This document shows positions 23,861-38,538 of a DNA stretch of 64,000 nt, one piece after another. Source of the DNA: Camelus ferus (lineage: Eukaryota). The stretch is taken from assembly GCF_009834535.1 (NCBI RefSeq), contig NC_045697.1:43464001-43528000 (forward strand). The letters run 5' to 3'. The notes beneath the pieces were generated by a model that had not been told where the DNA came from, did no database searches, and saw nothing but the letters and a program-made list of their open reading frames with translations. The position numbers were made by a program, and so were the translations under genes. The number at the start of each line of letters is the position of its first letter. Positions within the stretch are counted from its first letter, which is position 1.

Positions 23861-25789
23861 AAATAACATCTCCCAGGCATGCATGGACTAAGTTTTGCTA
23901 TGGTTACCAGTAATCATGCATTCAAAGGTTTCTTAACACTACTGAATCCTGTATGCCAGTAATGTGACCCAGATAGCATTACATCCCCACAGTACCAGGG
24001 ACATGAAATTACGAGACCCAAGAGGAAGTAGCTTGTAAGCATGACAAACTGAAATCTAATTGAAAGCACTTACCCAGAGCTGGCCATTGCTGGGGGACAA
24101 CTCATCCAGGCTCAGGAATATGAAAATTCAACATTCTGTTCTATTTTTCCCTGATGCTCATCACAACACTCAAAAAGGAAAATCATTTTCATTTGTCATG
24201 TGACAAACATTTCCAGTCAATTCTTATTAAGCTGATACTGGTTTATTCAAAATAAGATGCACTTTGGATGGCCAGGCTCCAAGCAACTGAATTTCCTATG
24301 TCTCTTTCATAAAGCTGTCAGATAATCTGAGCACAGTTTATTCAAAATCTGATTGTTTTTATTTGATTTTTATCAGTTCTTGCACATCAAATAAGCATTT
24401 TAATGTAATTAGCCACAAATAATGTTTTCCCTTCTCTCTCTTAAAATGACAAAATGCCACTTTCTCCTCTCCTTCTCGTTCTGACACACTGGGGCTGACT
24501 TGCTTTTTCTGATTCCTTTGTAGGATCCTGCCCTGCCCTCACACTCCACCTATCACCTTTACATAATGCTTAATTCCATCTCTTAGACTTGGATCATATT
24601 TAATACTTTCTTACAAGAGCTAATCACATATATGTGAATTTGGTTACTCTGTCACTTTTGTTCAACCGTTATTTGGGGTCTTTATATTTTTTCCATAAGC
24701 ATCTAATATTTTTAATGACTTCCAAGAACATGAATCATTGAGAGTGAGGTGTTTTTCTGTAGACTTTTTAGAAGTTATATTCTGAAACTCCGATTTTATA
24801 AAATGTTCAGTAAGACTCCAGTATTTAAGGAAAGAGTATCTTCATATGCACTGGTCATCCTAGAAACATTGATGGACTGATTTTTTTAATGACAAACTAG
24901 ATTTTATTCAAATTAAAAACTTCTGCTCATTAGAGACACCATTAATAAGCAAGCAATAGACCAGGAGAAAATCTTTGCAAAATACAGAACTTGTTTCCAG
25001 AATATATAAAGAAGAAACACTGATAGACCATTTGTATGGCAGTTACTAGTCTGTTCTTGTCTTGTATTTCTTTCATTTCTAATGCCTTGAGTTGATAGGA
25101 CTGTTAAAGTAACTAATCAGGATATTTGTAATTATGTTCTGAGATCAACCTCACTTTCAAAATATCAAAATCTGCAAAAGGTTTCAAACTGGATAATAAA
25201 AAGAAAAGGCTAAATTCCACCAAGAATACAGGTAAGTCAATTGTTACATAAATTTGTTTGTAAGGTGCTCTTGTTTCTTTCAGTTGAAGTGTAAGATGTT
25301 TGGACCTCAGGGGGAAAGAAAGTTTGGTCCTCTAGAAATCACTAGTTATGAATAAAGTTAAAAAAAAAAAAGACTCCTAGAACATGACACACCAGCCAAC
25401 TAATAACCCCTTTAAAAATTAAATTAAATAAGCATTGATTAGGAGAGAGGAATTAAGGTGACCAAGGATCCAGAACCACAGTTTCTCCAGGGGGCACTGA
25501 CAGAGCTGGAAGCACGAGGCACATGCATATCTCATGAGCTTTCTCTTTTCAAACTAGCCACAAGGAAAAGACAGTGCTGGGAATTGTGTGTGATGAAAAC
25601 AATTGAAAGGATTTTAAGTAGTGTGAAACAAAAAGAAATCATAGGAGTTCTAGAACTCCTCCAGATCTAAAGAGGGTGGAGAAATGTCGATAATGTTGTT
25701 TCAAAGAAAATAAGTGGTGCCAGGGAAAAATATTAAATGTTTCAATTCCAAAAGCCTATAATAGAGTGGTATTTTTAACGGTGTTCTAA

Positions 25790-26170
25790 GCTCCATGGTC
25801 CTACTGTCACCAGACCTTCCCACATGCTGTTTCTTCTTCCTGGAACAAACTTTGCCACCACGTCTACCCCCTGCCATCTCTAGCCTTTACTTGAAAATCA
25901 CCCCTCCTCTTTGAGGGCCATTCTTAGACGTAAATTCCTCCAGGAAACCGTCTTTAACAACATCTCTCGAGCCTCCTATGAGCTCACATGGCGCCTTGTG
26001 CTCACTTAGCCTAACACCCATTCCACTGTCTCCCAGTCCTGGTATATTTATCTCCCTGTAGATTATAAACACAGGTGAGAGCATGAACTGGGTCCAATTT
26101 ATACCCCGTGTAACCCGGCACAGTTCCCAACACAAAGCAGGGGATCAACAAATTTTCATTGAATGAATGG
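25790..26170 (+). mobile_element. LINE-2 3' end
   Basis: 'catgctgtttcttcttcctggaac...cggcacagttcccaacacaaagcaggg...ttgaatgaatg'. Confidence 0.7.
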
Positions 26171-27109
26171 AATCTTCCAGAAGCCAGAATATGTACACAG
26201 GCCCAAGGTCTGTTTACTTGCTTCGTAAGAGTTCTATGAGGGAACATTAAAGATCTGATGGCCCAAGACACTACTAAGATTCCTACATTCAATTTAATTT
26301 TACTGAACTTAAAAATACTTGTCATAGATAAATGCATAGATATGTAAATATACACATATTTCTTGTACATAATAGCTTTTTAAAAAAGATATTACATAAT
26401 CAAAGCTTCTATCTTTTAGTCTTTAAAAAACCCCTATGAGAATTGGGATATATGCTAACAAATGTGCATTCAGTTTTCACACGGAAGAACCTAAAAACTG
26501 AACCTCTCCTCTCAAGTGCAAGGTTTCATTATTCATGATAACAGTTACTCAAATTACCCAGAAGGAAACATTTTCTTTCAGAGAATAGGCCTAGGCTTGT
26601 AAACCCAAAACCGTCAAGTGATTCAAGCCATGGTTTTTCCTCCAACTTCTTGTAAGAGTCTTATTTAGGCATCAGGTACTTCAGTGTAAAAGAATCAAGA
26701 TCCCATCTGGGATTTTTTTTAATGTTTCTCTGTAATGGGACTAAATATACCATTACATCTTAATCCCAGGAGAATTATTCCGTATACTCCTGTTCACTCA
26801 GAAAATTCATCAACATACATATTTTAAATATTTTGACAACAAAACTTTAATGAACATTTTTAAAGGCCTTAGGGAATGATTTTTTTTATCTTTAAATAAA
26901 AATTAATACACTACCAATAGTCCCCAACATATAAGCAAATTTTTCCAATAGTAGATTTTAATGTCAACAGTATAAAATTCAGAGTATATTTACCACAGGA
27001 CATAGGAGTTAGGTTAAATGTATTAACTCATCTTATTTCATATAATGCTATAAAAATTCTCCCATCATACAAAACAATGTTTCTTTTAGAAAATGTGTTC
27101 AGAACTTTA

Positions 27110-27632
27110 TGACAGACACTCACGGTTGGTTGACTCAACAGTTATTCCCAAGTCCTTTCTCTCTTTCATCTCAATAATAGAGGATGAAAAAGCTAAATAC
27201 TTGCTTTCTCAGCCTTTCTTCCAGCTAGAGGTCACCATGTAACATGGTTCCAGCCAATTATAAGTAAGACAAGTCTATTGGGTCTTCAGAAAACTTTTCT
27301 CCCTCATAACCAAGAAAGAGACAAAAGGAAAACTTCTTCACTGCCACTTCTCCCTCTTGTTTTGGATTCAGACATGATGCTTGGAGCTATGGTAACCTTC
27401 CTGTGAGCAAGAGACAAAAAGCACAAAGCTGAAAATAATCACCAAGCAGGGCAGAGCAGAAGAATGGGAAGAGTGAGGGTCCGTGATATCGCTGGAGAAC
27501 AGCCAAACCAACACCAGCAACCAAACACCTCCAGTCTTCTTTCAGTATGTGTTAGTAAATGACTACATTAAAATAGTCAGTGTTATTCCATTTTCCTGTT
27601 CACAGGTCGCCAAAAGCATCCCTAAGAGAGAC
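27110..27632 (+). mobile_element. Ancient ERVL-class solo LTR (LTR33/LTR16-like)
   Basis: Starts 'tgacagacac', carries internal 'tttctcagcctttcttccagctagaggtcaccatg...ccagccaat' and 'gatgcttggagctatggtaacc', and ends 'gccaaaagcatccctaag'. Confidence 0.6.
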
Positions 27633-29542
27633 AACTGCCATCTGGGAATTCTACATGGCTCCTACTAGAGTCAAGCTGTGGATCCCCCCATTTCTGGGCA
27701 ATGGAGGCCAAGACTCCTATTTCCACAGACTGTTTCCTCATCTGCAGCTTCAAATTTTCAGTGGTCTTCAAGTCAATACAGGGGAGTGACAGGTAAAGGG
27801 AGGCAAAAAGGAAGAAATTTTCACAAAGGAATTGGAGTAAAAAATTTGAAGGACTTCTGCCAGTAAAAATACTGGGGGACTCAGATCTCCTGGTCCTGAA
27901 GCAAGTACACAGTTCTTTTGAAGTGTACTGAGATACATACTTCTGATACTGCAAGAAAACAGATGGGGAAAATGCTTCCCTTTTAGTATAAAAGGATATG
28001 AACTTCCTGGAAAACAATTAAGCCATATGAATCAAAGCCCTTAAAAATATTAATATACTGTTGGAAATCTAGCTGGGTTTTGGTCTGACTCTGCTCTCAC
28101 CTCAGCCAGCTGACTGGGATGATACATCCTCTGAATTTAAAAAGTCCCCACCTGGCAATGACAAAAGCTTCACTCCAAAACAGAATGCTACCCGACGTCA
28201 TGTTTCCGTATTGTGTTTTCCTTCCCTCTCACTCAAAATCCTAATATATATTGAGACAGACACATTTTTTGTTCCTTTCATTATTTTCCTTTGGTTTGTT
28301 TGGCTGTTTTCCTTTACAGTATTTTAACCTTGACCAGGCAGCTGCCTGGAGTGACACCCAGTGGTGATAATGAGACTTGACAGCAGCTCCTTGTTTCCCA
28401 AGGGCAGCCGACTCAAAGGCTCTTACCTTTCCCATGACCGGCTCCCTCAAAGTTCCCTTCCAGAACTTTTTTCACATTTCCTATAAGCAAAGCTTTTATC
28501 CCCAAAGGGTATCCATTTGTTAGTATCTAATTTTTTTTTCTGTTCAAGAATCTTTTTTAACTGTTGAACAAGCATCTATGGTTATAGAAGCTCCTAGAAA
28601 AAACCTTTCATTAGCAAAGAGCCAAGATTTTTCTTTTAATAAAATAACAAGGTGGGAGGCGTCTTATCCATGAAGCAGCAGTATCCAACATCTTCTATAA
28701 TGATATCTCTCCACTCAGACTTGTCACTGCAGAAGCTCCTTCAATTATGAACATTTATAAATAGGAACAAAACTACAAACCAAGGAGGAACAATGAGTGA
28801 GCAATACCCACCACCAATAGATGATGGTGACAGTCACTTGGAACTTCTGAACATCCTTTGGGAACCTAATCTGTTAATAATCAAAGGAATTAACAGGACC
28901 CCAAAGAAAGAACAAAAGCAAATTTTGATATAAAACCAAGTAGCCAAAGTTTATATTCCAAGGTCCCTGGTAATATTTTGCAAAGGTCTTTTACAATTGT
29001 CTCATTTTCAAATGTCCTTCCAGTGACCTTCACTGGGCTCTGTTAGTTCCACATTCAGTTTTCTAAATACTGTCTCCATAGTACCTCACCACATGCTGTG
29101 AAAGCCGAGAATTATTTCTGGCCAGTGAGAGAAATAAGCAAGGCCAAATTAACCAAAAGAGGTTAGATCATTAGGTATTGTCAAAAATGAGGAATACCAT
29201 AATTGTAAATGGGAAATGCCATGATCCTCAGCCCTTGAGGTGTAAATATCTATACCTTTCTGTGGGACAGAGGTATTTTAAAAGCAGAAATGAGAGCTAC
29301 TATTCAAAACTCCTGCTTTAGGAATATTCCAAAGTGGAGTTGTGAGATCAAGTTTTGCCAGATCTTTTGGTTGCATCCCTGAGCCACTTTTGGATTGGCA
29401 CAAGCTTGGAACAAGGCTTAATATTGTCCTTTCTGATGAGAGTTCTTGACATCAATGAAGTAGTCCCCTCAGGGGAATCAGTCAAGAAATTCTTGTTATT
29501 CCCAGAATAAAATGTTAATTGGGATTAAAACACCTAGCTGAG

Positions 29543-29710
29543 GAGGGGAGGGTATAGCTCAGTGGTAGAGTGCATGTTTAGCATGCATGAGGTCCTTGGT
29601 TCAATCCCCAGTACCTCCATTAAAATAAATAAATAATACCTAAATAAGTAAATAAAAACCTAATTACCTACCCCCACTCAAAAAAAGAGGAGAAAATTTT
29701 TAAAAAAACA
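29543..29710 (+). mobile_element. tRNA-Ala-derived SINE, camelid vic-1-like
   Basis: 'ggggagggtatagctcagtggtagagtgcatgtttagcatgcatgaggtccttggttcaatccccagtacctcca' plus AT tail. TSD aaaacacctagctgag (29527-29542) / aaaacacccacctgag (29711-29726). Confidence 0.9.
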
Positions 29711-29779
29711 AAAACACCCACCTGAGACACTACAGCCCTGAAAATCAGCCCACTCAGAAAGGGTAACTGCACAAGCATT

Positions 29780-30005
29780 TCAGTCAGAGCTGGATCTGAA
29801 TCCCCATCCACCACTTAGCAGGCAGATGACTTTGACCCAGATATTGAATCTCCCTGAGCCTCAATCCACATCTGTAAAATGTGGATGATACGAGTTCCCA
29901 CAGCTCCCATCTGGTTGTTGGGGAGACTGAGGCACTGCACGGACACTGCCTGGCAAAGCACTCCACATGCTGTAACTGCTCGCCAGCGTTAGCTGTTATT
30001 ATTAA
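29780..30005 (+). mobile_element. MIR SINE
   Basis: 'tgaatcccc...ccacttagca...tgactttg...ctccctgagcctca...catctgtaaaatg...cgttagctgttattatt'. Confidence 0.8.
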
Positions 30006-31666
30006 AAGAAAATCTAGGCTGCTTAAGTCTTCAAAGAAATGGATCAGGAGCAGATGTCAACTTTTTCCACTTAGGAATGCAAATCTTATCTAGGTTTGGG
30101 GAATCCTCTCTAATTTTGCAGCAGAATGAGAAGAAGATAAAAACTGCAGGTGATCACCACACAAAATAAATTCTTTTCTCTCCTACATCAAAGAAAGAAT
30201 CACAGCCAGAAATGTAGTCGTTTTGACCTCCTCCTGAAAATATTTTCTGTGGAACAAGCTGGGAGAAGTGTGTGCAAACAGAGAATGCCCCACTCATCAG
30301 TGTCTGCATCAGGGTCTCTTATCAATGAGAACCGAAAGTCACAGGATTCCATTAGCCCAGAGCTATCAAGGTATTGATGAGGCTGTGGGAAGACTTGTCC
30401 TTTATTGTAAGCTGCCTCGACACGCTTTCCTGATGGGGAAAGGGGCCTGTGGTGTCCTCTGCATGCTTAAGTATCAGTAGAAGTACAGGGAGGGGGGAAG
30501 GACACCATTAAACCAATTTTATCTTAGCCAAGGACTGCATCACATGTCTGAGATCAATATGACTCACAAGACATATAGGTGGTTGATAGAGAGTAAGTTA
30601 TCTTTAGTAAATTAAGGTAGGAGGTGATGTGATTGGGGTGGGGAGGAGGCATACTCTCTTTTGAAAGATTCAGCTAGAAACTTCCCCACATAATTTGACA
30701 CATCTCCAAAAAAATGTCTCCTGCAACAGAATCTAAAACAGGTTCCATTCCCTAAGGTTCCATTTGTTGTGTAACCTGGCTAAATAAATGAGATCTGCCA
30801 CTTCTAAGTCTAATTTTCAACTTTTTTTTCCAAAAGGAACCATCTCTTAATAAATACTTATAAGCTGCACATGACTGACTTCAAAGGCCAGTATGCTGGT
30901 TATTGCTCCATCATTGTTTTCCAAAGTATATAAAAGGGCTATTTCATTTTTCAACAGACCTGATTATAGTTAGGAAAACCAGTATTGTATATTAATACAA
31001 TATTGTATATTAGTATATATTTACAGTATAAATAGATACCATTATACAATATATAATTTTATATACTATCTTCTATATAACATATAATTTTAAGTACAAA
31101 TTAAAATGATATTTAATTTTAAAGGCTATTTAAAGAAACTCTATTTGACTCTTCTAGAAAGCAAAATGTTCTGTAATTCAATCATCCTTGCAATTATCCT
31201 ATCTTGTGAATTTGCATTTGTGTTTTCTTAAAGCAGAATGCTTTTATATTAATAGATACAAATGCACATGAATGCATACATGCATACAGATACACAAAAT
31301 AATTACATTACTTATGTTTTCCTCAAGGTCCAGTATTTTGAAATATGAGTAACTAGAGGAAAACTCAGCATGCTTGTAAAGTATGGCATGGAAAGCTCGT
31401 CGAGAGAGTCACAAAGTAGAAGATGCTTTCTGAAAGATGTAAGAATGCAGAGGAGTGCAGGGTATGTGTGAGTAAACAAACCTGTACAGAATGAGACTCT
31501 GGGCTCTGCACTCAATGGCCATTATGAACGGGATACTGAAATAAAAAGAAACCAGAAATCCCATAGATCTCTCCTTTTTTGGGTACTTTAAAAATAATCT
31601 TGAGGACTAAGACAAAAGCCTCATTCTTTTGATGACTCATTTTCCAGATTTTCTAAGACAGTGTTA

Positions 31667-33865
31667 TAATAAAAAGAAGAACTTATAGCAATCATTCTCA
31701 AACTCTTCCAAAAGATTGGAAAGAAAGGAACACTCCCAAACTCATTCTATGAAGCCATCATTATCCTGATACCAAAACCAAAGACACTACCATTATAGGC
31801 CAAAATCTTTGATGAATATACATGAAAAAAATCCTCAAAAAAAATTAGCAAACCAAATCCAACAACACATGAAAAAGATACATGACGATCAAGTTGGATT
31901 CATCCCAGGATCACAAGGACGGTTCAACATATGCAAATCAAGCCATGTGATACACTACCCCAACAAAAGGAAAGACAAAAACCACATGATCATATCAATA
32001 GATGCAGAAAAGCATTTGATAAAATTCAACATCCATTCATGATAAAACCTCTTACCAAAGTAGGTATAGAGGGAATATATCTCAACATAATAAAAGCTGT
32101 TTATGACAAACCCACAGCCAACATAATACTCAGCAGTGAAAAGCTGAAAGCCTTCCTGCTAAAATCTGGAACAAGACAAGGATGCCCACTCCCATCACTT
32201 TCATTCAACATAGTATTGGAAGTGCTAGCCACAGCAATTGAACAAGAAAAAGAAACAAAAGGGATCCAAGCTGGAAGGAAAGAGGTAAAATTGTCACTAT
32301 ATGCAGATGACATGATACTGTACATAGAAAACCCTAAAGACTCCACAAAAAACTACCAGGACTGATAAGCAAATTCAGTAAGGTAGCCGGACACAAGATC
32401 AACCTGTGGAAAACTGTTGCATTTCTTTACACTAGCAATGAAATATCAGAAAAGGAGAGAAAAAAAATCCCTTTTAAAATTGCATCAAAAAATAAATAAA
32501 TAAAATACTTAGGAATAAACCTGACCAAGGAGGTGAAAGACTTATACATTGAGCACTATAAAATATTGATTAAGGAAATTAAAGATGATTTAAAGAAATG
32601 GAAAGATATCCCATGCTGTTAGATTGAAAGAATTAATATTTTTAAATGGCCATACTAACCAAAGCAATCTGTACATTTAATGCAATTCCTATCAAAATAC
32701 TCACAACATTTTTTATAAAACTAGAACTTATAGTCTTAAAATTTATATGAAATCACAAAAGATCCAGAATTGCAAAGCAATACTTAGGAAAGAGAACAAA
32801 GCTGGGTCATAACACTCCCAGATATCAGACAATACTACAGAGCTACAGTAATCAAAATGGCATAGTACTGGCACAAAAACAGACATATGGATCAATGGAA
32901 CAGAACAGAGAGCCCAGAAATAAACCCACACACCTACAGTCAACTAATCTTTGAGAAAGGAGGCAAGAATATACAGTGGAGAAAAGACAGTCTCTTCTGT
33001 AAGTGGTGTTGGGAAAGCTGGACAACCACGTGTAAATCAATGAAGTTAAAACACTCCCTCACACCATACACAAAAATGAACTCAAAATGGCTCAAAGACT
33101 TTAATATAAGACATGACACCATAAACCTCCTAGAATAGAACATAGGCAAAACATTCTTTGACATAAATCATAGCAATGTTATCCTAGGTCAGCCTACCAA
33201 GGCAATAGAAATAAAAGCAAAAAATGTACAAATGGGACCTAATCAAACTTACAAGCTTTTGCACAGCAAAGGAACATAAACAAAATGAAAAGACAACCTA
33301 CAGAGTGGGAGAAAATACTTGCAAACAATGTGACTGACAAGGGCTTAATTTCCAGAATATACAAACAGCTACATACAACTCAATAACAAAAAAACAAACA
33401 ACCCAATCCAAAAATGGGAAGATCACCTAAATAGACATTTCTCCAAAGGAGACATACAAATGGCCAGTAAGCACATGAAAAGATGCTCAATAACGCTAAT
33501 TATCAGAGAAGTGCAAATCAAAACTACAATGAGATATCACCTCACACCAGTCAGAATGGCCAACATTAAAAAGTCCGCAAATAATGAATGCTGGAGAGAG
33601 TGTGGAGAAAAGGGAACCCTCCTATACTGTTGGTGGGAAAGTAATTTGGTGCAGCCCCTATGGAAAACATTACAGAGATTCCTTAAGAAACTAAAAGTAG
33701 ACTTACCATTTGATCCAACAATCCCACTCCTAGGTACATATCCAGAGAAAGTCTAATCGGAAAAGATACATGCACCCCAATGTTCACAGCAGCACTATTT
33801 ACAATAGCCAAGACATAGAAGCAATCTAAATGTCCATCAACAGATGATTGGATAAAGAAGACATG

Positions 33866-33922
<57 letters not shown>

Positions 33923-34393
33923 GGAATACTACCCAGCTATGAAAAAGAATGAAATAATGCCATTTGCAACAACATGGATGGACCTAGAGACGATAATACT
34001 AAGTGAACTAAGTCAGAGAAAGATAAATATCATATGATATCACTTATATGTGGAATCTTTTTAAAAAATGATACAAATGAATTTACTTATAAAACAGAAA
34101 GAAACTCACAGACCTAGAAAACAAACTTATGGTTACCAAATAGGAAAGGAGTGGGAAGGGATAAACTAAGAGTTTGGGATTAGGAGACACAAACTACTAT
34201 ATATAAAATAGATAAACAGCAAGGTCCTACTGTATAGTACAGGGAACTGTGTTCAATATCTTGTATCAATCTATAATGAAAAGGAATATATATATGTATG
34301 TATGTACAACTGAATCACTATGCTGTACACCACAAACTAACATAACATTGTTAATCAACTGTACATCAATAAAAAATACATAAAAATAAAAAA
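31667..34393 (+). mobile_element. 5'-truncated LINE-1, 2.7 kb: disrupted ORF2 (RT and C-terminal domain) + 3' UTR
   Basis: ORF pieces [13 protein letters not shown]...GTRQGCPL...LYADDMILY (YADD at 32300-32311), [15 protein letters not shown] and [13 protein letters not shown], with several frameshifts and stops. Perfect 14-bp TSD ctaagacagtgtta at 31653-31666 and 34394-34407. Confidence 0.97.
33866..33921. repeat. (TG)n microsatellite, about 24 uninterrupted units, inside L1
   Basis: Directly visible. Confidence 0.97.
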
Positions 34394-34849
34394 CTAAGAC
34401 AGTGTTACAAATTGAAAGAGAATTTTTTATATGTCTGTATAACACCCATGATCGTTATCCTCATCACCACTGAGGATAATGTGGAAAGCATCCTTTCCCG
34501 ACTAGGGAGTGCCTGATGTCACAGCTCCAGGTATGCCCGTGACATCTCTCCCTTGGACCTCTTCGTTGAAGTTCCCCTAACCATAAACTACTTTTGCATT
34601 GCCAAGTCATACGTGTCAATTTCAGTGCCTTTTTTTGCTTACACACCAGCAGGAAAGTACACACCAAAGGTGATAGTCTTCAGGATAACAAAGATTCTGT
34701 GACGTTTCCCATATTCAGTGGGCTAGATAATTATAACTCCTAATACATTTACTATGGATATTATAACTACTGCAACAAATAGCTTGAAGAGTCAATGCAA
34801 CAGGAGTCATTCCCAAGAAGTGGATAAAGGAAGTTGCGGATTTGGGTAA

Positions 34850-35228
34850 TGCTATAGACTGAATGTTTGTGCAGCCACCACTGCCCCCTCGGCCAAAATT
34901 CATATGTTGAAGTCCTAACTCCCAAGGTGATGGTATTTGGAGGTGGGGCTTTGGGGAGGTGATTAGGTCACAGAAGTGGAGTCCTCATGAATGGGATTAG
35001 TGCCCTTATAAAGGAGATCCCAGAGAGCTCCATGCCCTCTTCTGCCACATGAAGACACAGGGAGTAGACATCTCTCTATGAACCAGGAAGCAGCCCCTCA
35101 CAGACACAAAGTCTGCCAGCACCTTGATCTTGGACTTCCAAGCCTCCAAAACTGTGAGAAATATTTGTTGTTTATAAGCAACCCAGTCAACTGTACTTTG
35201 TTACAACATCCCCAAAGGACTCAGATGC
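34850..35228 (+). mobile_element. MaLR solo LTR (MLT1A-like)
   Basis: 'tgctatagactgaatgtttgtg...aaaattcatatgttgaagtccta...gggattagtgcccttataaa...ttgatcttggacttcc..gcctccaaaactgtgaga'. Confidence 0.9.
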
Positions 35229-35339
35229 ATGATAAGTGGAGAAGTGAGAATTTGAGTAGCACCTTGCATGAACCTCTATGGTGGACACAGCACATTTGTC
35301 TTGATCAAGAATTGATTTATAGGGACATTTTATCATTAG

Positions 35340-35610
35340 CACTGAACTAGAAGCATCTTGAGGACAAGAGACCATATTTTATCTTTGAACCTTCCCATTA
35401 CACAGCTCTGTGCATTCTATCTTATACGCACTTAACACAAACATCTGTTCAAGTGTCTCCTCCTCCGAAAGGCCTTTCCAGACCCCACCCCAATCTAAAA
35501 TCACCCAACTCCAAGTGAGAGGGCACCCTGTAATTTTTGCTGCTCTATCTTCTTCGCCTGAAGCAGTAACGTAGTAGACAGTAAGTGTTTGTTGGATGAA
35601 TAAATGAAAG
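35340..35610 (+). mobile_element. LINE-2 fragments
   Basis: 'tgaggacaagagaccat' and the terminal 'gtagtagacagtaagtgtttgttggatgaataaatgaa'. Confidence 0.55.
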
Positions 35611-37461
35611 ATCTTGTAAAATAATTCTAAAAGAAAATCTGAGAATTTTCCAAAAGGAAGGAAGAGAGGCTACTGGAAGAAAAGATAAGCAAACCTAACC
35701 CAGAATTGGATGAGAGGGTATCAGAGTCACATCTAAGAAGAGGTTCATAGTACTCCAAGGAGATGACTTTGACTGCTTTAATTTAGAGGTGTGTGGCTAG
35801 GGTCTAAGCCCTCTTTGTCACTGATATACTTGACTGGCAGGCATGGATCTGCCCTGTCGCAACATCTGAGAGGCTAAGTAATGCTGGTGCCACTTGAGTG
35901 GAAAATTCTGCACGCTGTCAATACAATGGGTGTCAGGAGCACATTGTTACTCATCATAATCAGAGTAATTGTACACAGGGATGGCCCAGGAAAGAAAAGG
36001 AAATGAATGCCTGTCTGTGGGCAACAATGCAACTTCATTTAACCTTAACAGACCAGGCGGCTGATATCATTTCTCTCTGGCACTTGCTGAGATTCTAGTG
36101 TCAAAACAGCTTCTCATTTGCAATGTATGACAATTTCCTCACATCTAAAAAGACATTGCCACAAGTCAATAGACTATAAATTGCACTTGGAAATAGGATC
36201 ATCTTAACTAAAGCCTGCCTGCTTTCCCCAGGAGGCCAATGGCTGCTCCCCCTCCTTTTAATAATTTGTATGTTTAGGTGTTCGGTCAATTTACTCTACA
36301 CTTGTAATGTCTTATAGCCAAGACCATCAATCAGATTCGGCGTGACAAAAATATCCTGCTACAATATTACAGGTTATTAAAGGGATGATGGGAACGAGCT
36401 GCATGCATTTACTGGGCCCTTTTTTCTCATTTCAGAAAAGCTGTCATGGGCCTAAACTGGTGATTCATCTTCTCTTCAGTATCAACAGGTGGCTGCTAAA
36501 AGTGGACTTCGATGAGCTACTTTCATGCATCTTTTATCTCTCCAAACACCTCTACCCAAATTTCCTTCTCCTGTACCCTTTCCTCTTGCCCTGAAAACAG
36601 GTAACCTGTTGATGAGAGAGCCATGTGGCAATCTAGCTTAGATCATTTTTCGCTGGGTGCTTGGAAGACAAATGATATTCCATGGATTTGCTCAAGCTAC
36701 TCAGGTGTCTGTTATTCACCTACAAGTCACACTGCCACTCAGGAGACCCCTATTTCAGGCTTAAAGTTTGGAACACATGAAAAAATTATTCATAAATGAA
36801 AATACAATGTTTTAATATATCTCTCTAACTCAAGGTAATTGATTGCTGCTCTTTTAGATAACCAGGCAAATATTAAATAGTTATTGGGATTTATAGCACT
36901 TTATTTCTCTGAGTTTGGAGCAAAAAAAGCAACAGCAACAAAGATATCACTAACGAAAATATCTGGCACGATTATATCAGTAATCCCTCACTTCCCAGTT
37001 CATTTACTAGTCTCCAACAATCATTTAGATTTCTAGCAGAAAACGTTGATGTCCTCTCTTGCTGTATTTAAACCAAAAGTCTTAAATTTCTAGTAAGGCT
37101 TTTAACAACTTTATAATACACTCTCAAGGAAGAAGTTAAGGATTCTTTTCATTGTTGTACAAAAGCTCAAAATGGCATTTTTGGACAAATCCATCGAGTC
37201 TAGCTCTAATGAGACCCCAGGTTCATACTACCACAGGCTACGTGTGAAATCTGACGTTGCTGACAGACAGATGAAATGCTGGTCATAAGCAGGTAGCACC
37301 ACGCTTCATAGGCACCAAGCATCACAAATGGATTTACAGGTGTTTGTTTGTTTGCTTAATGTAAGGGAAAGGGTTTCAACATTCTCTCTTATTAGTTACT
37401 CCAGTGGCAAAAAGATCAGGGATAAACAAATAAATTATTATGTTTCTTTTTAAAATATATA

Positions 37462-38538
37462 GAAGACAACCTACGGAATGGGAGAAAATTTTTGCAAATG
37501 AAACTGACAAAAGCTTGATCTCCAGAATATATAAGCAGCTCATACGACTCAATAAGAAAAAAATAAACAACCCAATCCAAAAATGGGCAGAAGACCTAAC
37601 TAAACAAGCAATTCTCCAAGGAAGACATACAAATGATCAAAAGGCACATGAAAAAATGCTCAGTATCACTAATTATCAGAGAAATGCAAATCAAAACTAC
37701 AATGAGGTATCACCTCACACCAGTCAGAATGGCCAGTCATTCAAAAATCCACAAATGACAAATGCTGGAGAGGCTGTGGAGAAAGGGGAACCCTCCTACA
37801 CTGCTGGTGGGAATGCAGTTTGGTGCAGCCACTATGGAAAACAGTGTGGAGAGTCCTCAAAAGACTAGGAATAGACTTACCATATGACCCAGGAATCCCA
37901 CTCCTGGGCTTGTATCCAGAAGGAAATCTACTTCAGGATGACACCTGCACCCCAATGTTCATAGCAGCACTATTTACAATAGCCAAAACATGGAAACAGC
38001 CTCAATGTCCATCAACAGGTGACTGGATAAAGAAGAGGTGGTATATTTATACAATGGAATACTACTCAGCCATAAAAACCGACAACATAATGCCATTTGC
38101 AGCAACATGGATGCTCCTGGAGAATGTCATTCTAAGTGAAGTAAGCCAGAAAGAGAAAGAAAAATACCATATGAGATCACTCATATGTGGAATCTAAAAA
38201 ACAAAAACAAAAACAAACAAACAAACAAAAACAAAGTGTAAATACAGGACAGAAATAGACTCATAGACAGAGAATACAGACTTGTGGTTGCCAGGGGGAT
38301 GGAGGGTGGGAAGGGATAGACTGGGATTTCAAAATTGTAGAATAGATAAACAAGATTACACTGTATAGCACAGGGAAATACACACAAAATGTTATGATAA
38401 CTCACAGAGAAAAAAATGTGACAATGAGTGTGTATATGTCCATGAATGACTGAAAAATTGCGCTGAACACTGGAATTTGACACAACATTGTAAAATGATT
38501 ATAAATCAATAAAAAATGTTTAAAAAAATAAAATAAAA
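37462..38538 (+). mobile_element. 5'-truncated, comparatively young LINE-1 (ORF2 C-terminus + 3' UTR)
   Basis: [12 protein letters not shown], plus an open 125-codon C-terminus 37820-38197 ([10 protein letters not shown]...DWIKKRWYIYTMEYYSAIK...SLICGI). A-rich tail. TSD taaaatatata at 37451-37461 and 38539-38549, at a canonical TTTT/AAAA site. Confidence 0.96.

Noticed and set aside
25160..25238. Exon ending at the perfect donor cag|gtaagt
   Set aside because: There is no good upstream acceptor, and isolated donors are expected by chance.
29546..29620. tRNA-Ala gene
   Set aside because: It has a SINE tail and TSDs, and two diverged sister copies are present. It is a SINE, not a tRNA gene.
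31931..32365. Functional reverse transcriptase gene
   Set aside because: It is a fragment of a 5'-truncated L1 with frameshifts and stops, lacking the endonuclease, ORF1 and promoter.
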